In this document: positions 43,091 through 57,225 of the stretch, one piece after another | Layout of the letters: each line of letters opens with the position of its first letter | Position numbering within the stretch: position 1 is the first letter of the stretch | NCBI RefSeq assembly: GCF_009914755.1 | Contig: NC_060938.1 | Direction: 5' to 3' (one strand) | DNA: 64,000 bases | Origin: the human T2T-CHM13v2.0 reference genome, Homo sapiens | The notes under the pieces: model-generated | Database searches by the model: none | What the model was told of the DNA's origin: nothing | Seen by the model: the letters and a program-made list of their open reading frames with translations, nothing else | Program-made: the position numbers and the translations under genes

Positions 43091-43540
43091 CAGGCTCCTG
43101 CGCATTCTTTGCTAAGGTCTCAGGGGGCTGGAACCAAAGTGTTGGCATAACCAGACTCATCAATAGGACCTAGGGAAAATTCTACTTCCAAGCTCATTCA
43201 ATTTTTTGGTAGAATTCAGTCTTTGTGAGACTGAGGACCCCAATTAATGAGGACTGTCAGCTGGGGGCGGCTCTCAGCCTTGAAGGGCAGCTCATATTTC
43301 TCCTTATGTAACTCCCTATATTTTCTAACCAGCAATGGAGTTTTAAATCTTTCACACTTGCAATATCCCTCACACAGACAATCTCAGGCAGACATCCTCT
43401 CTTTTTAAAACTCACAATAAATTAATTAGTAACTTTAATTAGATTTGCAAAATCTCTTTTGTCATATGATGGAACAAAATTAGAGCATGATATCACATTA
43501 AATTCACATTCATGGGGATTAGAATAAACTACCTAACAGA
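43090..43540 (-). mobile_element. MLT1E/F-type LTR
   Basis: acttccaagctcattca..gtagaattcagtc..gactgaggacccc..ttagtaactttaattagatttgcaaaatc. Confidence 0.7.
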
Positions 43541-43745
43541 GCTGTTCTAGTGAGTATTTATTTGTGTGTTTATAAGGTTTGAAAAGATGTTGCAATAGTA
43601 TGGATTATGTTTTTGCATTTTCCCTGAGTTTCCTAGTCTTAAGGTAGTATTTTAATATTAATTTCTACACTAGGACCGCCCTCACATCAAAATCCATGAA
43701 AATTTGGTGTGTGCATGTATGTATATGCAGGCATATTTATTGATT

Positions 43746-44033
<288 letters not shown>

Positions 44034-44699
44034 TATTTATTGATTCTTTAAGGGAAAGTTAGCTTTTCTTTCCATCAAAAACTCTGGAGAGAATGTTTCT
44101 TTGTTGCTTCTCTGGTCAAATGTACAGGATTCTTAAAGTCTCTTTTCTTAAAAGGGCAGAATTTCCAGAGACTGTATAAAAGGATCTAAATTTACCTTGA
44201 ACAGGTTGAAGGTTGCATTTTCCATCTCTGCTTGTACATTAAAGCTCCAGCATAACTCCTTATGTATGTTAATCCAAAGTATATATACACAAAGCATTCA
44301 TAAAGGCAGGCTCCTTGATTTTTTTCCTGAGGATTCTGTGAGTAAATGAAGACAAGGAAGTCTTCTCTCTGAGAGTAATGTCCTATAAAGCACACAAGGT
44401 GAACTTCTTTATAGTTGGGCATATTCCACCAATAATCATTTGTCTGTTTGTCCTATAAAAGCTGCAACTTTCTCCAGTTTGTTTTTTTCTTTTGCTTCTT
44501 TGTACACAAATTACAGTGCTCCATGGAGCAAAACATATAGTCATATAGGTGTTATGATCTGACATTTTACTCTGTCGGTGCTATCGCTGGAGTAGCACTG
44601 CCACACATTTTACTAGAGAAGCTTGCGATTAAGTATGACTGATAATAAATTGTTCTATGATGAGAACGCTAACACAGCTTTCTCTGTCCTGGTAAAGAT

Positions 44700-44890
44700 T
44701 ATGTTCAAGAATAGGCAAAACTAATTGATGGTGCTAGAAAGTGAAAGAAAGCTTTTCAAAGAGGGGCAGATGTGGATATTGACTAAAACTGAGCATAAGG
44801 GAACATTATTGGGTGAAATACTCTATATCATTATCTAGGTTGTGATTAAATATGTAAATATTAATCAAGCTGTGGACTTGTGCTTTTTAC
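44700..44890 (+). mobile_element. L1ME 3'UTR fragment
   Basis: gttcaagaataggcaaaactaattgatggtgctaga..gcataagggaac. Confidence 0.6.
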
Positions 44891-45887
44891 TTCTTGAAAA
44901 AGCATAAAAGCATATGCTTTTTACTCTCAAAAAGCATAAAAGATAAAATATTAAGTGAGTAAACCAACAAAACATCCTTTATTTAGAACTGCTAGTTATA
45001 CATGCACAATATATTTGTATCTCTCATTATTTGTACTCGTATTAGTTATAAACATCCTAGTATGATTTTTGACTTGTTAACATTTTATTTCAATTAACAT
45101 ATTTCCTAATTTTTACATGATCTCTCTTTTTATTAATTTACTATATAAAAGATACCCATGAAAGACATGATTTTATAGATTCTTTATTTAGTTTCTTGCT
45201 TGTTATTTAAAATTAGAATCCTGTGAAACAGGTTTTAGCAATAAATGTTACTTCAGAAAAGAGTGAGAATACTTACACCATTTATTCTTTAGTGTAAGAG
45301 TAAAATTCATTCTTTTAGATAGAGAAAAAGAAAATAGTTAAGTATAGAAAAACTAAAAAGTGGACAATAAGAGTATCTTGAGAAAGAGTTGCATACACAG
45401 GTTAATACCTTTTGTTCTGATCTGAACTAAATCACATTTTTTGTCTCCTATATTGATGCATTTAGCTAACTGAAAATTCAAGATTTAAGACAATGTAATG
45501 GTAACAAATTATTTTTAAAATTGCAAACATCCTTACGTAAATACTTAAAATTATTATGTAGTCGAACTATTTCACTTCAAAGTACAATCAATACCATTAC
45601 TATTACTCCAGTAGCTTTGAAGCTAGAAAGAAAACATTTTAAAAAATATTACTGAATGAGACCTCATCTCTAAAAGAAAAAAAGTAAATAAAAATAACTA
45701 TTTTAAGTTTGATCAATTTTAGAAGTATGTATTACCCATGATAAAACAAGTTAGGTATATTTTTAAACTATTTTACCTTTTTATTTGGAAGACAATTTTT
45801 CACATATCCTGGAAAATTGTACTAATTTTTGGCTTTGAGTTTTAATTCTTTAAAAAAAGTTAGTAGTATTATCACTACCAAAGCAGA

Positions 45888-46065
45888 ATATATATGCATA
45901 TATTTTCTCAAATATATGCATATATATTTTTTCTCAAATATATACATACATATTTCTCAAATATATACATACATATTTTCTCAAATATATACGTATATAT
46001 TTTCTCAAATATATACGTATATATTTTCTCAAATATATACGTATATATTTTCTCAAATATATACA
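45888..46065. repeat. 24-bp AT-rich minisatellite, about 7 copies
   Basis: Unit ttttctcaaatatatacgtatata; translates as the IFSQIYTY repeat in spurious ORFs. Confidence 0.95.
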
Positions 46066-46754
46066 TGTGTATGTTGTAGATTTTTAAAATGTGCATACTT
46101 TTGAATGGCTTTTAGTGGATACACTATTCCTTAGGTAGAAATATAAGTTTAGCACAGATTTGCAAATAATAGGAAACCTCTATGCCTAACAGAAAATTAA
46201 AAGGCTTAGAAGAAGGATCTTCCTAATGAACAAAGAAACATTGATATCAGAGAGTGAATAAACAAAATTAAATTATCCACTCTGCAGTTATATTAACATC
46301 TTTGCAAGAAAAAATAGGATATAAGAAAATACTGTTTATAAGAAGCAAACAAATAGAGAAAAACCACCATCCCTTATTTAGGAATTACTGTGGTGCCATT
46401 TTATCTTTTATCACTGTTCTCCTAACTCTCCTTATATTTATTTGTATGTCTGAATTTTAATTTACAGAAAACAAAGGCATACAGATATTTAAATGATGGC
46501 ATAGCTATGTTAGTCAAAACAAGTCGCCAAAACCTACATTGTAATTATAGAGAATATTGTATGCAGAAGGGAAATCAAGCTTTGTTACTTCAATTTGTCT
46601 CAAATTCATCTTGAAATACTTTATATATAAATGTATCTATGATATAAAAATAAAGTCAGTGCATTTAAAAATAGAATATTTTGGAAAACTACATAAATAT
46701 CATGCTAAATAATGTGGACAGGAAAAGGTGAATTATTTTTTCTTAGAAAATTGA

Positions 46755-47625
46755 CAAATTTACAAGAAAAAAACAAACAACCCCATCAAAAAGTGGGAGA
46801 AGGATATGAACAGTCACTTCTCCAAAGAAGACATTTATGCAGCCAAAAGACCCATGAAAAAATGCTCATCATCACTGGCCATCAGAGAAATGCAAATCAA
46901 AACCACAATGAGATACCATCTCACACCGGTTAGAAATGCGGTCATTAAAAAGTCAGGAAACAACAGGCGCTGGAGAGGATATGGAGAAATAGGAACACTT
47001 TTACACTGTTGGTGGGACTGTAAACTAGTTCAACCATTGTGGAAGTCAGTGCGGCGATTCCTCAGGGATCTAGACCTAGAAATACCATTTGACCCAGTCA
47101 TCCCATTACTGGGTATATACCCAAAGGATTATAAATCATGCTGATATAAAGACACATGCACACATATGTTTATTGCAGCACTATTCACAATAGCAAAGAC
47201 TTGGAACCAACCGAAATGTCCATCAATGATAGACTGGATTAAGAAAATGTGGCACATAGACACCATGGAATACTATGCAGCCATAAAAAAGGATGAGTTC
47301 ATGTCCTTTGTAGGGGCATGGATGAAGCTGGAAACCATCATTCTCAGCAACCTATCGCAAGGACAAAAAACCAAGCACTGCATGTTCTCACTCATAGGTG
47401 GGAATTGAACAATGAGAACACATGGACACAGGGACACAGGAAGGGGAACAGACACCAGGGCCTGTTGTGGGGTCGGGGGAAGGGGGAGGGATAGCATTAG
47501 GAGATATACCTAATGTTAAATGACGAGTTAATGGGTGCAGCACACCAACATGGCTCATGTATACATATGTAACAAACCTGCATGTTGTGCACGTGTACCC
47601 TAAAACTTAAAGTACAAAAAAAAAA
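46755..47625 (+). mobile_element. L1PA4-type, 5'-truncated, 10-bp TSD
   Basis: ORF2 C-terminus ([28 protein letters not shown]); aatgttaaatgacgagttaatggg. TSD agaaaattga at 46745-46754 and 47626-47635. Confidence 0.95.
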
Positions 47626-48125
47626 AGAAAATTGAATTGTTAAAAATTATTACTGGTTAAATAGGAGCATCTTACACTAAGAAATCTGAGTCATTTATCA
47701 ATCCTTTATCTTTTATTCAATTATAGAAACACCAGGGGTCCCCAAGAGACACCCTCCTCATCCCCCACCACTCTTACAGTTCAGTGAAATTGTTCCCTGT
47801 GGTGATATTCCACATAACACAGAATAATTCTTCTTCATCTGTGCTTACAGCGAACTGCTCATTTTTAATAAATATATTGATTTTTCTTAAGTTTCTTTGA
47901 AGCTGATTGACTCATCTCTTCCTGATCAGCATTTTTATCACCATTAACATAATTACTACCCATCTACATGAAAGAAACTTCATTCTACATTATTTGGGAA
48001 GAAAATCATATCAAGAGACACATTTATTATGTGCCGAGTCACAGCAAATAAAATGATGCAAAGCTTAAAATCTAACATTTTTTCAGGAAGTTGGGTAATG
48101 TTCTTAAGACTTCTTTTTTGAAATA

Positions 48126-50415
48126 TAGGCATACCTCGGAGATGTTATAGGTTCAGTTCCTTGACCAGGGCAACAAAGTGAATATTGTAATAAAGCGAGT
48201 CGCACAAATTTTTGGTTTCTCAGTAGATATAAAAGTTATATTTACACAATAATGTAGTCTATTAACTGTGAAACTGCATTGTGTCTAAAAATGCATATAC
48301 CTTAATGAAAAATATTTTACTGTTATGAAATGCTAACGATCATCTCCTCTGAGCCTTCAGTGAGTTGTAATTTTTTGGCTAGAGGTGGGTCTAGCCTCAA
48401 TATGAATGGTTGCTGACTGATCAGAGTAAAGGTTGCTGAAGTTTGTGGTGGCTGTAGAAATTTCTGAAAATAAGACAACGATAAATTTGTTGCATCAATT
48501 GACTATTCCTTTCATGTAAGAATTCTTGGTAGCACACACTTTTGTTTTATAACATTTAACTTACAGTAGAACTTATTTCAAAATCGGAATCAGTCCTCTC
48601 AAACCCTGGTGCGGCTTTATCAACTAAGTTTATATAATATTTTAGGTCCTTTGCTGTCATTTCAACAATGTTCACAGCATCTTCACCAGAAGTAGACTTC
48701 ATCTCAAGAAAGCACTTTCTTTGCCAATCCATAAGAATCAACATCTTATTTGTTCAATTTTGATCATGAGATTTCAGGAATTCACTCACGTCTTCAGGCT
48801 CTACTTTTAATTTTATTTATTTTGCTATTTCTACCACATCTGCAATTACTTCCTTCACTGTGGTTTTGAATACCTCAAAATTATCTATGAGAGTTGGAAT
48901 CAACCTCTTCCAAAAATCCTGTTAACTTTAATATGTTGACTTCCTCCCATGAATCACAAATATTTTAATGCCATCTAAACAGGTGAATTCTTTCCATAAG
49001 ATTTCCAATTGACTTTGCCTAGATCCGTCGGAGGAATTACTATGGATAGCAGCTACAGCCTCATAAAATGTATTTTTAAATAAAAAGATTTGAAAGTCAA
49101 AATTACTCCATGAACTATGTGTAGCAGAATGGATGTTGTATTATGAGGCATGGAAACAACATGAATCTCCTGGTACACCTTCATCCGAGCTCTTAGGTAA
49201 TCAGGTGCATTGTTATGTAAGTAGTATTTTGAAAGAAATTTTTTTTTTTTTTCCGAGCAGTAGGTCTCCAGAGTGGGCTTAAAATATTTAGTAAACTATG
49301 CTGTAAATAGATATGCTATAATCCAGCTCTCTCTTCCATTTCCAGCAAAATGGAAATTGTTGTTCCATTTATAGAGCACAGGCAAAGAGCTCTAGGATTT
49401 TCAGAATGGTAAGGGAGAATCGGCTTCAACTTAAAAGTCATCAGCTGCATTAGTCCCTCACAAGAGATCTGCCTCTCTGCACTAATCCTTTGCAGTTTTG
49501 AAGCCAGACATTGACTTCTTTCCAGCCATGAAAGTTTTAGATGGCATATTTTTGCAACAGAAAGCTGTTCATCTGCATTGAAAATCTGTTGTTAGCATAG
49601 CCACCTTCCTCCATTATCTCAGTTAGATCTTCTGGAAAGTTTGCTGCAGCCTCCACATCCGCACTTGCTGCTTTACCTTGCACTCATGTTATGAGGATGA
49701 CTTCTTTCCTTAAACTTCATAAGCCAACAATTGCTAATTTCAACCTTTTCCTCTGAAGCTTTGCCATCCCTCTGACACTTCACAGAATTAAAGAGAGTAG
49801 CACTTTTAATTTCCTTCAAGAATTTTTTCCTTTGTTTTCACAACTTGGCTAACTATTCAGCACAAGTGGCCTAGATTGCATCCTATCTGAGCTTTCTATA
49901 TATCTTCCTCACTGAACATAATCATTTCTAGCTTTTGACTTAAAGTGGGAGATATGCAACTATTCCTCTCAGTTGAACACTTAGAGGCCATTGTAGGGTT
50001 ATTCATTGGCCTCATTTTCATACCGTTATATTTCAGGAAATAGGCCTGAGAAGAGGGAGACAGATGGGGGAACAACTGGTTGGTGAAGCTGTCAGTCCAC
50101 ATACAGCATTTGTTAATTAAGTTTACCATCATATATGATTGCAGTTTGTGGCACTCCAAAGCAATTACAATAGTGGCATCAACGATTACTGATCACAGGT
50201 TACCATAGCAGATATAATAATAATGAAAACAAATAATTGAAATATGTGAGGATTGTCAAAATATAACACAGAGACACAAAGTGAGCACATGCTGTTAAAA
50301 AAATGATGCTGATAAACTTGCTCAGTACAGGGTTGCCACAAACCTTCCATTTGCAAAAAAATGCAATATCAGTGAAGTGCAATAAAGTGAAGTCTAATAA
50401 AATGAGGTATGCCTG
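48126..50415 (-). mobile_element. Tigger1 (pogo family) essentially full-length DNA transposon, transposase decayed
   Basis: Both TIRs: (t)aggcatacctc and gaggtatgcctg, TA on the left. Peptides MASKCSTERNSCISPTLSQKLEM and [21 protein letters not shown]. Confidence 0.95.
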
Positions 50416-51299
50416 AATATAGTTGTGTGGGACTCATAAAGTAATTGTCTGAATATAATTACATATAGCATTGCATCTGCCCAAGTGTAACCAGATAGTA
50501 TTCTGAAAGTGATTATAAACCGGACCTGTCTTGAATTAAATACCCACAGCAAACTTGTTTTATCAACATTGACATCTACTTTATTTAATACTTATAAAGC
50601 TGAATTTTTAAAAACATTATTTTCTCCTGTCATTACCATCACTACTAAGTTTATAGTTTCTGGAAATTTTGCTTCTTTTCTAGTGTGTTCCAGTAAGAAA
50701 AAAAAAATCAGTTTATTCTCAAGCTGTAATCAGTGGTCTGAAAGAGTTCTGGTTCTCACTGCGTCATCTTGTACATGTCAGTACATGTCAGTTCTCCAGG
50801 CCAAGCCTTTCTCAATTGCAAAATGAGGGCAATGAACTATTTTATTTCTATGGTCACTTTTAACACCAAACCACACTAAATCATGTGATTCTAAGTTTAG
50901 TTTCATTGCCTCAATAAAAAATTTTTGAAAGAGTTCACTTGGCTTTCCCTTTATTTTTTAACAACCACCACGACAAAACAAGTAAGTATAGGAAGTTCTG
51001 TCACGGCATGCATTTTTATCAATAGGAGTATTTTTGTTTTCTTGGGAAACATGATTTATATTAGGGAGAATGCTATTTGTTGTGATGTGGTGACCCCTGG
51101 GAAGATAGCTGTTGCATGGGCGACTCAGACACTTTGAGGTTCTAATGATTTGTCCATCATAATAACGGTGATAACAATGACATGATTTAGGCACTAAATA
51201 TGTATAAGAGGGCCAGACAAATGAAAATACTGGTCATAATAAGAAAGAAACCCCATTGGTCTTGTGCACTATCTACATGTAAAAAAAATTGATTTGCTT

Positions 51300-52340
51300 T
51301 ATTATATTTTGAATTTATATATACAGAAAAAATGTTTATAACCAAAGCGTCTGGAGAACATTAGCATTATTAATCGATGTTGAAAGGCCTCTAGTAGAGA
51401 ACAAAATTAAGAACTGGTTTTAAAAGATTTATGAGAGACAAACCTCTATTGAGACTGATCTAGATTAGACAATAAGAGAGAAAAAAATATATAAAGTACA
51501 GAAAAAATTGCCAAAGTACAGAAAAAATTGCCAAATAATTACAGATATCACAGGATTTAAAACAAGAAAAATATTATAAAAATATATGCAGACAGTTCAA
51601 AGCATAGATGAAATGGGTGCTTTCTGAAAATACCAAAATTGATATGAGGAAAAAGAAAATAAATACACTGATAATCATTTAAAAAAATGGCAATAGAGAT
51701 CAAAGACTTTCCCCTGGAAAATCTCATAGATGATAGAAGAATTTTACCAAAAAATTAAGTAATAGAATATCTCTATATTATGCAGATAATTATAGAAAAT
51801 ATAAAAAAGAAAGCCATCCAATTCATTTATAAGCTACTATAACCTTGGTTACAAGTCCAAATGGAAATATAAGAAATAAAACTATAAGCCTATTTCACTT
51901 ATAAACCTAGATGCTAACTTCCAAAAGTCCAAGGAATACCGTTCTGGAAAAAAATAGACTTCATCCAATTGAAAAATGCCTTCTGTGTTCATTACATACA
52001 TTTAACCACAGAACTGAAACTAAAACAAACGTGGTGATTAGACTAACAACACAGTATATATACGTATTTACTCTAATGATGTGGAAATGACACAAGAAGC
52101 AAAGTTAGGAAGGAGAGAAGGGGTTGCAGAAAAGTTAGCATGCTAAAGACTTTATTTCTAATTGCTAATAGTCGAAGGTTATTTAAAATTTACAAATAAA
52201 GTAAGAATCATATGAATGCTTAAGATTTAAGATACAAAGACAAACATGAAAGACCTGCACACTACAAACTACAAACATTATTGAAAAAACAAAAAGAAAA
52301 TGTATTTAAGTGGAAAAACTTCTCATGTCCCCATGTCTAT
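51300..52340 (+). mobile_element. Very old L1 ORF2 fragments
   Basis: caattcatttataagcta..aaactataagcctatttcacttataaacctagatgc; aagacctgcacactacaaactacaaacatt. Confidence 0.5.
51493..51535. repeat. Perfect 20-bp tandem duplication
   Basis: aaagtacagaaaaaattgcc x2 plus aaa. Confidence 0.9.
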
Positions 52341-52374
52341 GGGCTTTTTTTTTTTTCTGTGCTTGGCTTATTTT

Positions 52375-53745
52375 ACTTTATTTCATTTTATTTTTTATTT
52401 TTTTAATATACGTTAAGTTCTAGGGTACATGTGCACAAAGTGCAGGTTTGTTACATATGTATACATGTGCCATGTTGGTGTGCTGCACCCATTAACTCAT
52501 CATTTACATTAGGTATATCTCCTAATGCTATCCCTCCCCCCTCCCCCCACCCCACAACAAGCCCCAGTGTGTGATGTTCCCTTTCCTGTGTCCAAGTGTT
52601 CTCATTGTTCAATTCCCACCTATGAGCGTGTTTGGTTTTTTGTCCTTGTGATAGTTTGCTGAGAATGATGGTTTCCAGCTTCATCCATGTCCCTACAAAG
52701 GACAGAACTCATCAATTTTTATAGCTGCATAGTATTCCATGGTGTGTATGTGCCACATTTTCTTAATCCAGTCTATCATTGATGGACATTTGGGTTGGTT
52801 CCAAGTCTTTGCTATTGTGAATAGTGCTGCAATATACATATGTGTGCATGTGTCTTTATAGCAGCATGATTTATAATCCTTTGGGTATATACCCAGTAAT
52901 GGGATGGCTGGGTCAAATGGTATTTCTAGTTCTATGTCCTTGAGGAATCGCCACACTGTCTTCCACAATGGTTGAACTAGTTTACAGTCCCACCAACAGT
53001 GTAAAAGTGTTCCTATTTCTCCACATCCTCTCCAGCACCTGTTGTTTCCTGACTTTTTAATGATCGCCATTCTAACTGGTGTGAGATGGTATCTCATTGT
53101 GGTTTTGATTTGCATTTCTCTGATGGCCAGTGATGATGAGCATTTTTTCATGTGTCTTTTGGCTGCATAAATGCCTTCTTTCGAGAAGTGTCTGTTCGTA
53201 TCCTTTGCCCACTTTTTGATGAGGTTGTTTGTTCTTTTCTTGTAAATTTGTTCAAGTTCTTTGTAGATTCTGGATATTAGCCCTTTGTCAAATGAGTAGA
53301 TTGCAAAAATTTTTTCCCATTCTGTAGTTGCCTGTTCACTCTGATGGTAGTTTCTTTTGCCATGCAGAAGTTCTTTAGTTTAATTAGATCCCATTTGTCA
53401 ATTTTGGCTTTTGTTGCCATTGCTTTTGGTGTTTTAGACGTGAAGTCATTTCCCATGCCTATGTCCTGAATGGTATTGCCTAGGTTTTCTTCTAGGGCTT
53501 TTATGGTTTTAGGTCTAACATTTAAGTCTTTAATGCATCTTGAATTAATTTTTGTATAAGGTGTAAGGAAGAGTTCCAGTTTCAGCTTTCTACATATGAC
53601 TAGCCAGTTTTCACAGCACCATTTATTAAATAGTGAATCCTTTCCCCATTTCTTGTTTTTGTCAGGTTTGTCAAAGATGAGATGGTTGTGGATGTGTGGC
53701 ATTATTTCTGAGGGCTCTGTTCTGTTCCACTGGTCTGTATCTCTG
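52375..53745 (-). mobile_element. L1PA5-type, 5'-truncated
   Basis: ORFs 53277-53762 and 52693-53151 are near-consensus ORF2 C-terminus; cccattaactcatcatttacattagg. Confidence 0.95.
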
Positions 53746-53916
53746 AAGAATTGAAAATGCAAGATGGGAAACAGAACTTAGAGGAAGAATCCTACAAAGC
53801 AACTTCAATAAGGGAAACATAAATTTGCAAATGCTATTTTATTTAAGTTATCATATGATAATAAATGAAAACTATTGCTAAAAAAACATTTTCTGACACT
53901 TCGTTCTGCTGGTAAC

Positions 53917-54368
53917 TGTAGTAGTTTTCTGGGTCTACAATTACAACATGCCACAAACTGAGTGGCTTCAGCAACATAAATCTATTGTCAAACATTTCTG
54001 GAGGTTAGCAGTTTGAGAATTAGGTGTCCAATAGGGCCATACTCCTTCTGAAGGCTCTGCAGAAGAATTTGTTCCATGCCTCTCTCCTAGTGTCAGGTAG
54101 TTTTCCAGCAATCTCTAGTGCTTGTTGGCTTATGGCAGCATAATTTCAGTCTTCATATGGCCACCTCTCTCCATGCACGTCCAACCTCTCTCTGTATAAG
54201 GACAGCAGTTATACAGGACTAGGAACCACCATATATCAATATGACCTCATCTTAGTAATTACATCTGAAATGACCCTATGATCCTATTTCCAATTAAGAT
54301 AAGATTCTGAGGTACTTTGACTTAGGACATTGACTTACGAATTTAAGGGAACTTATTCACCTATAATA
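53917..54368 (-). mobile_element. MLT1B/C-type LTR
   Basis: ccacaaactgagtggctt..ctgaaggctctg..atgacctcatctt..attacatctg..attctgaggtact. Confidence 0.8.
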
Positions 54369-55279
54369 GTAATATAAATGCTTACTTCCTTAAGCATCTT
54401 ACAAAAACATTAACTTCAATTTAAAGATAATTTTTATTTGAAACAAAAATAAAACAAAACAAAAAATACTGCCATCCAATTTGAAAACATGTTGTTTGTA
54501 AATTTTGATTCCTGTGTGGCTTAAGTTATTATCATATCAAGCATACAGGATTAGATATAAAGTGGATAGTACTGTGCAGTCTTTAAATTATATAGGAGGG
54601 AGAATGCAATCAGAAGTTTTAAACCTACCATTACCTAAGATTTATAAACTCTATTATAAAATGAATACAAAGTTAATGTTACATGTACAAGTATATTTTT
54701 GCAAAACTATCATCTACTTCAAATAAAAACTTTTTCTAATAATATAAATGATGAATAGATCTTCAATTGTGCATTCCTCACAGAAGCCTTCCACTCTCAA
54801 GATGTATGTTTTATTGTATTTTTTTCTGCTAAAACTCACCTCACCAGGGGATTCCTTCTTCTAAATAAAGAGCAAACTTTCACATAAAAGGAAAAATGGT
54901 TTTTACTCACAACAAAAAGTTAGATCCTGCTGAGTGTTTCCCCAGGCGTCTATAAAAATTCACAGGTGATGTTCTATCACCTTAATAAGAAAACCAAAAC
55001 AGCTTTGATCAGCTAAACAAAAACAGTTTTTATTCCAAACACATTAAAATATACAAAGAAATCATAGTACAAGCATTGCTTTTGGCTTTTATTTTCTTGT
55101 GTATTATGTTTTATGAAAAAACTTTGAAATGCACTTAAAAATACTTTCTAACTTTTAAAGTATCATTTGAAACAATTCCATGCTGGGTGTGGTAATTAGT
55201 TTAATTTCCTGCTATGTTATGGACCTGACCAGTATTTTTTATTTTATTTTATTTTATTTTTACTTACAAGAAATTTAAA

Positions 55280-55624
<345 letters not shown>

Positions 55625-55921
55625 TTAAAAATACATATGTAGTTATTTTATAATACAAATCCAGCTCTTAAATCTCACATATTGGTTTGATAATCATGCA
55701 AATATCTCTGATCTAAACATTTCTATGGTTATTAGATATTTTTCTTTTTCTAAAATTTTAGGTTTTTAGAAAATTTAACATTTTTTTCTCATTAAAAGTG
55801 TAATACTTGTTAAGTTTCTATAATTTGGAATATGGAGAAAGTTGGATGGAATTTAAAAATACCTTTTTAAGACAACAAATATAGAGTCCCTAAATAATGT
55901 AGTTGATATAAAGTTTTTCCT

Positions 55922-56056
55922 GTACACGCACATATATAGTATACATATATAGTATATATATAGTGTGTATATATAGTATATGTATATATACACTGTGTGT
56001 GTATATATAGTGTACATATATATATTTATATATAGTGTGTACATATATATACACAC
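55922..56056. repeat. TA/TG-rich low-complexity repeat
   Basis: Reiterated tatatagtgtgtatatatag-like units. Confidence 0.85.
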
Positions 56057-56147
56057 AACAAAATTAAGATCTTATACTCCAAGTAAATTATATTGCTTTA
56101 CTCTTATTTTTATTATGTTATAGATATATTTTTTTCTCATTAAAATA

Positions 56148-56459
<312 letters not shown>

Positions 56460-57225
56460 TCAGTGGCTATATTATTCTCTTGTATAGGTGCATAATAATT
56501 GGTTTAAACATTTTTTTATATTTGACTTTCAATTTTTAAAATTTTGAGAATGTAGATTACAAATAAATCTGTTTTATCTTGATTATATCTCAATTTTCAC
56601 TAAAAATTGACTTAAAAATTACAAAAAAGATCAATTTTTGAAATCTTATTGATTTTAATTTGTATTACAAAGTTTTTATGGGACTAAATTAATGTATTCT
56701 TCCAAAATAATGTACAAGAATAGTTCACAAGCAAAAATGAAAAAAAAATTTACTTTGGTTTAATTGTGGGAATTTTCTATTACTTCTGATGTTAATACTT
56801 AAAACATTTATTAATTATATCCTTCTTATGTAAGTAATCTGCATTTGTCCTTTTCTTTATTTTTCTGTTGGAATATTTATTTCTATTGCTCTGTAAGAAC
56901 ATCAATGGCAAGCTGTAATTTTTACAAATATTTTCCATTATTTTTTGGGGGTAGATGGGGGAGCTGGAAGACAATGTTAAACAATATATAATAAAATTGG
57001 TTAATATTACTTCTCATTAATTTTTAATAATTTTTGTTAAAATGGTGCCTCCTTGAGAAAACTGGTTAAATATTCCCATATTTTGACATATCATTTATTA
57101 ACATTATAAGTGGCATTCTGCAGAAATTATTTTTGGAAATATTTTGTGTTTCATTATTCATCATAATGCTTTCTTTTTGAGGAATGGTGACATTTCATAC
57201 TTTAGGAAGTGTGTGACTAAGCTTG

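Noticed and set aside
45829-46104. Repeat protein (IFSQIYTY)n or CRISPR-like array
   Set aside because: Tandem 24-bp units with no unique spacers; a eukaryotic minisatellite.
47469-47491. G-quadruplex-like G-runs (also near 28565)
   Set aside because: Standard feature of the L1PA 3'UTR, not locus-specific.
46806-53762. Active L1 ORF2
   Set aside because: The L1PA4 and L1PA5 copies are 5'-truncated and contain stops or frameshifts.
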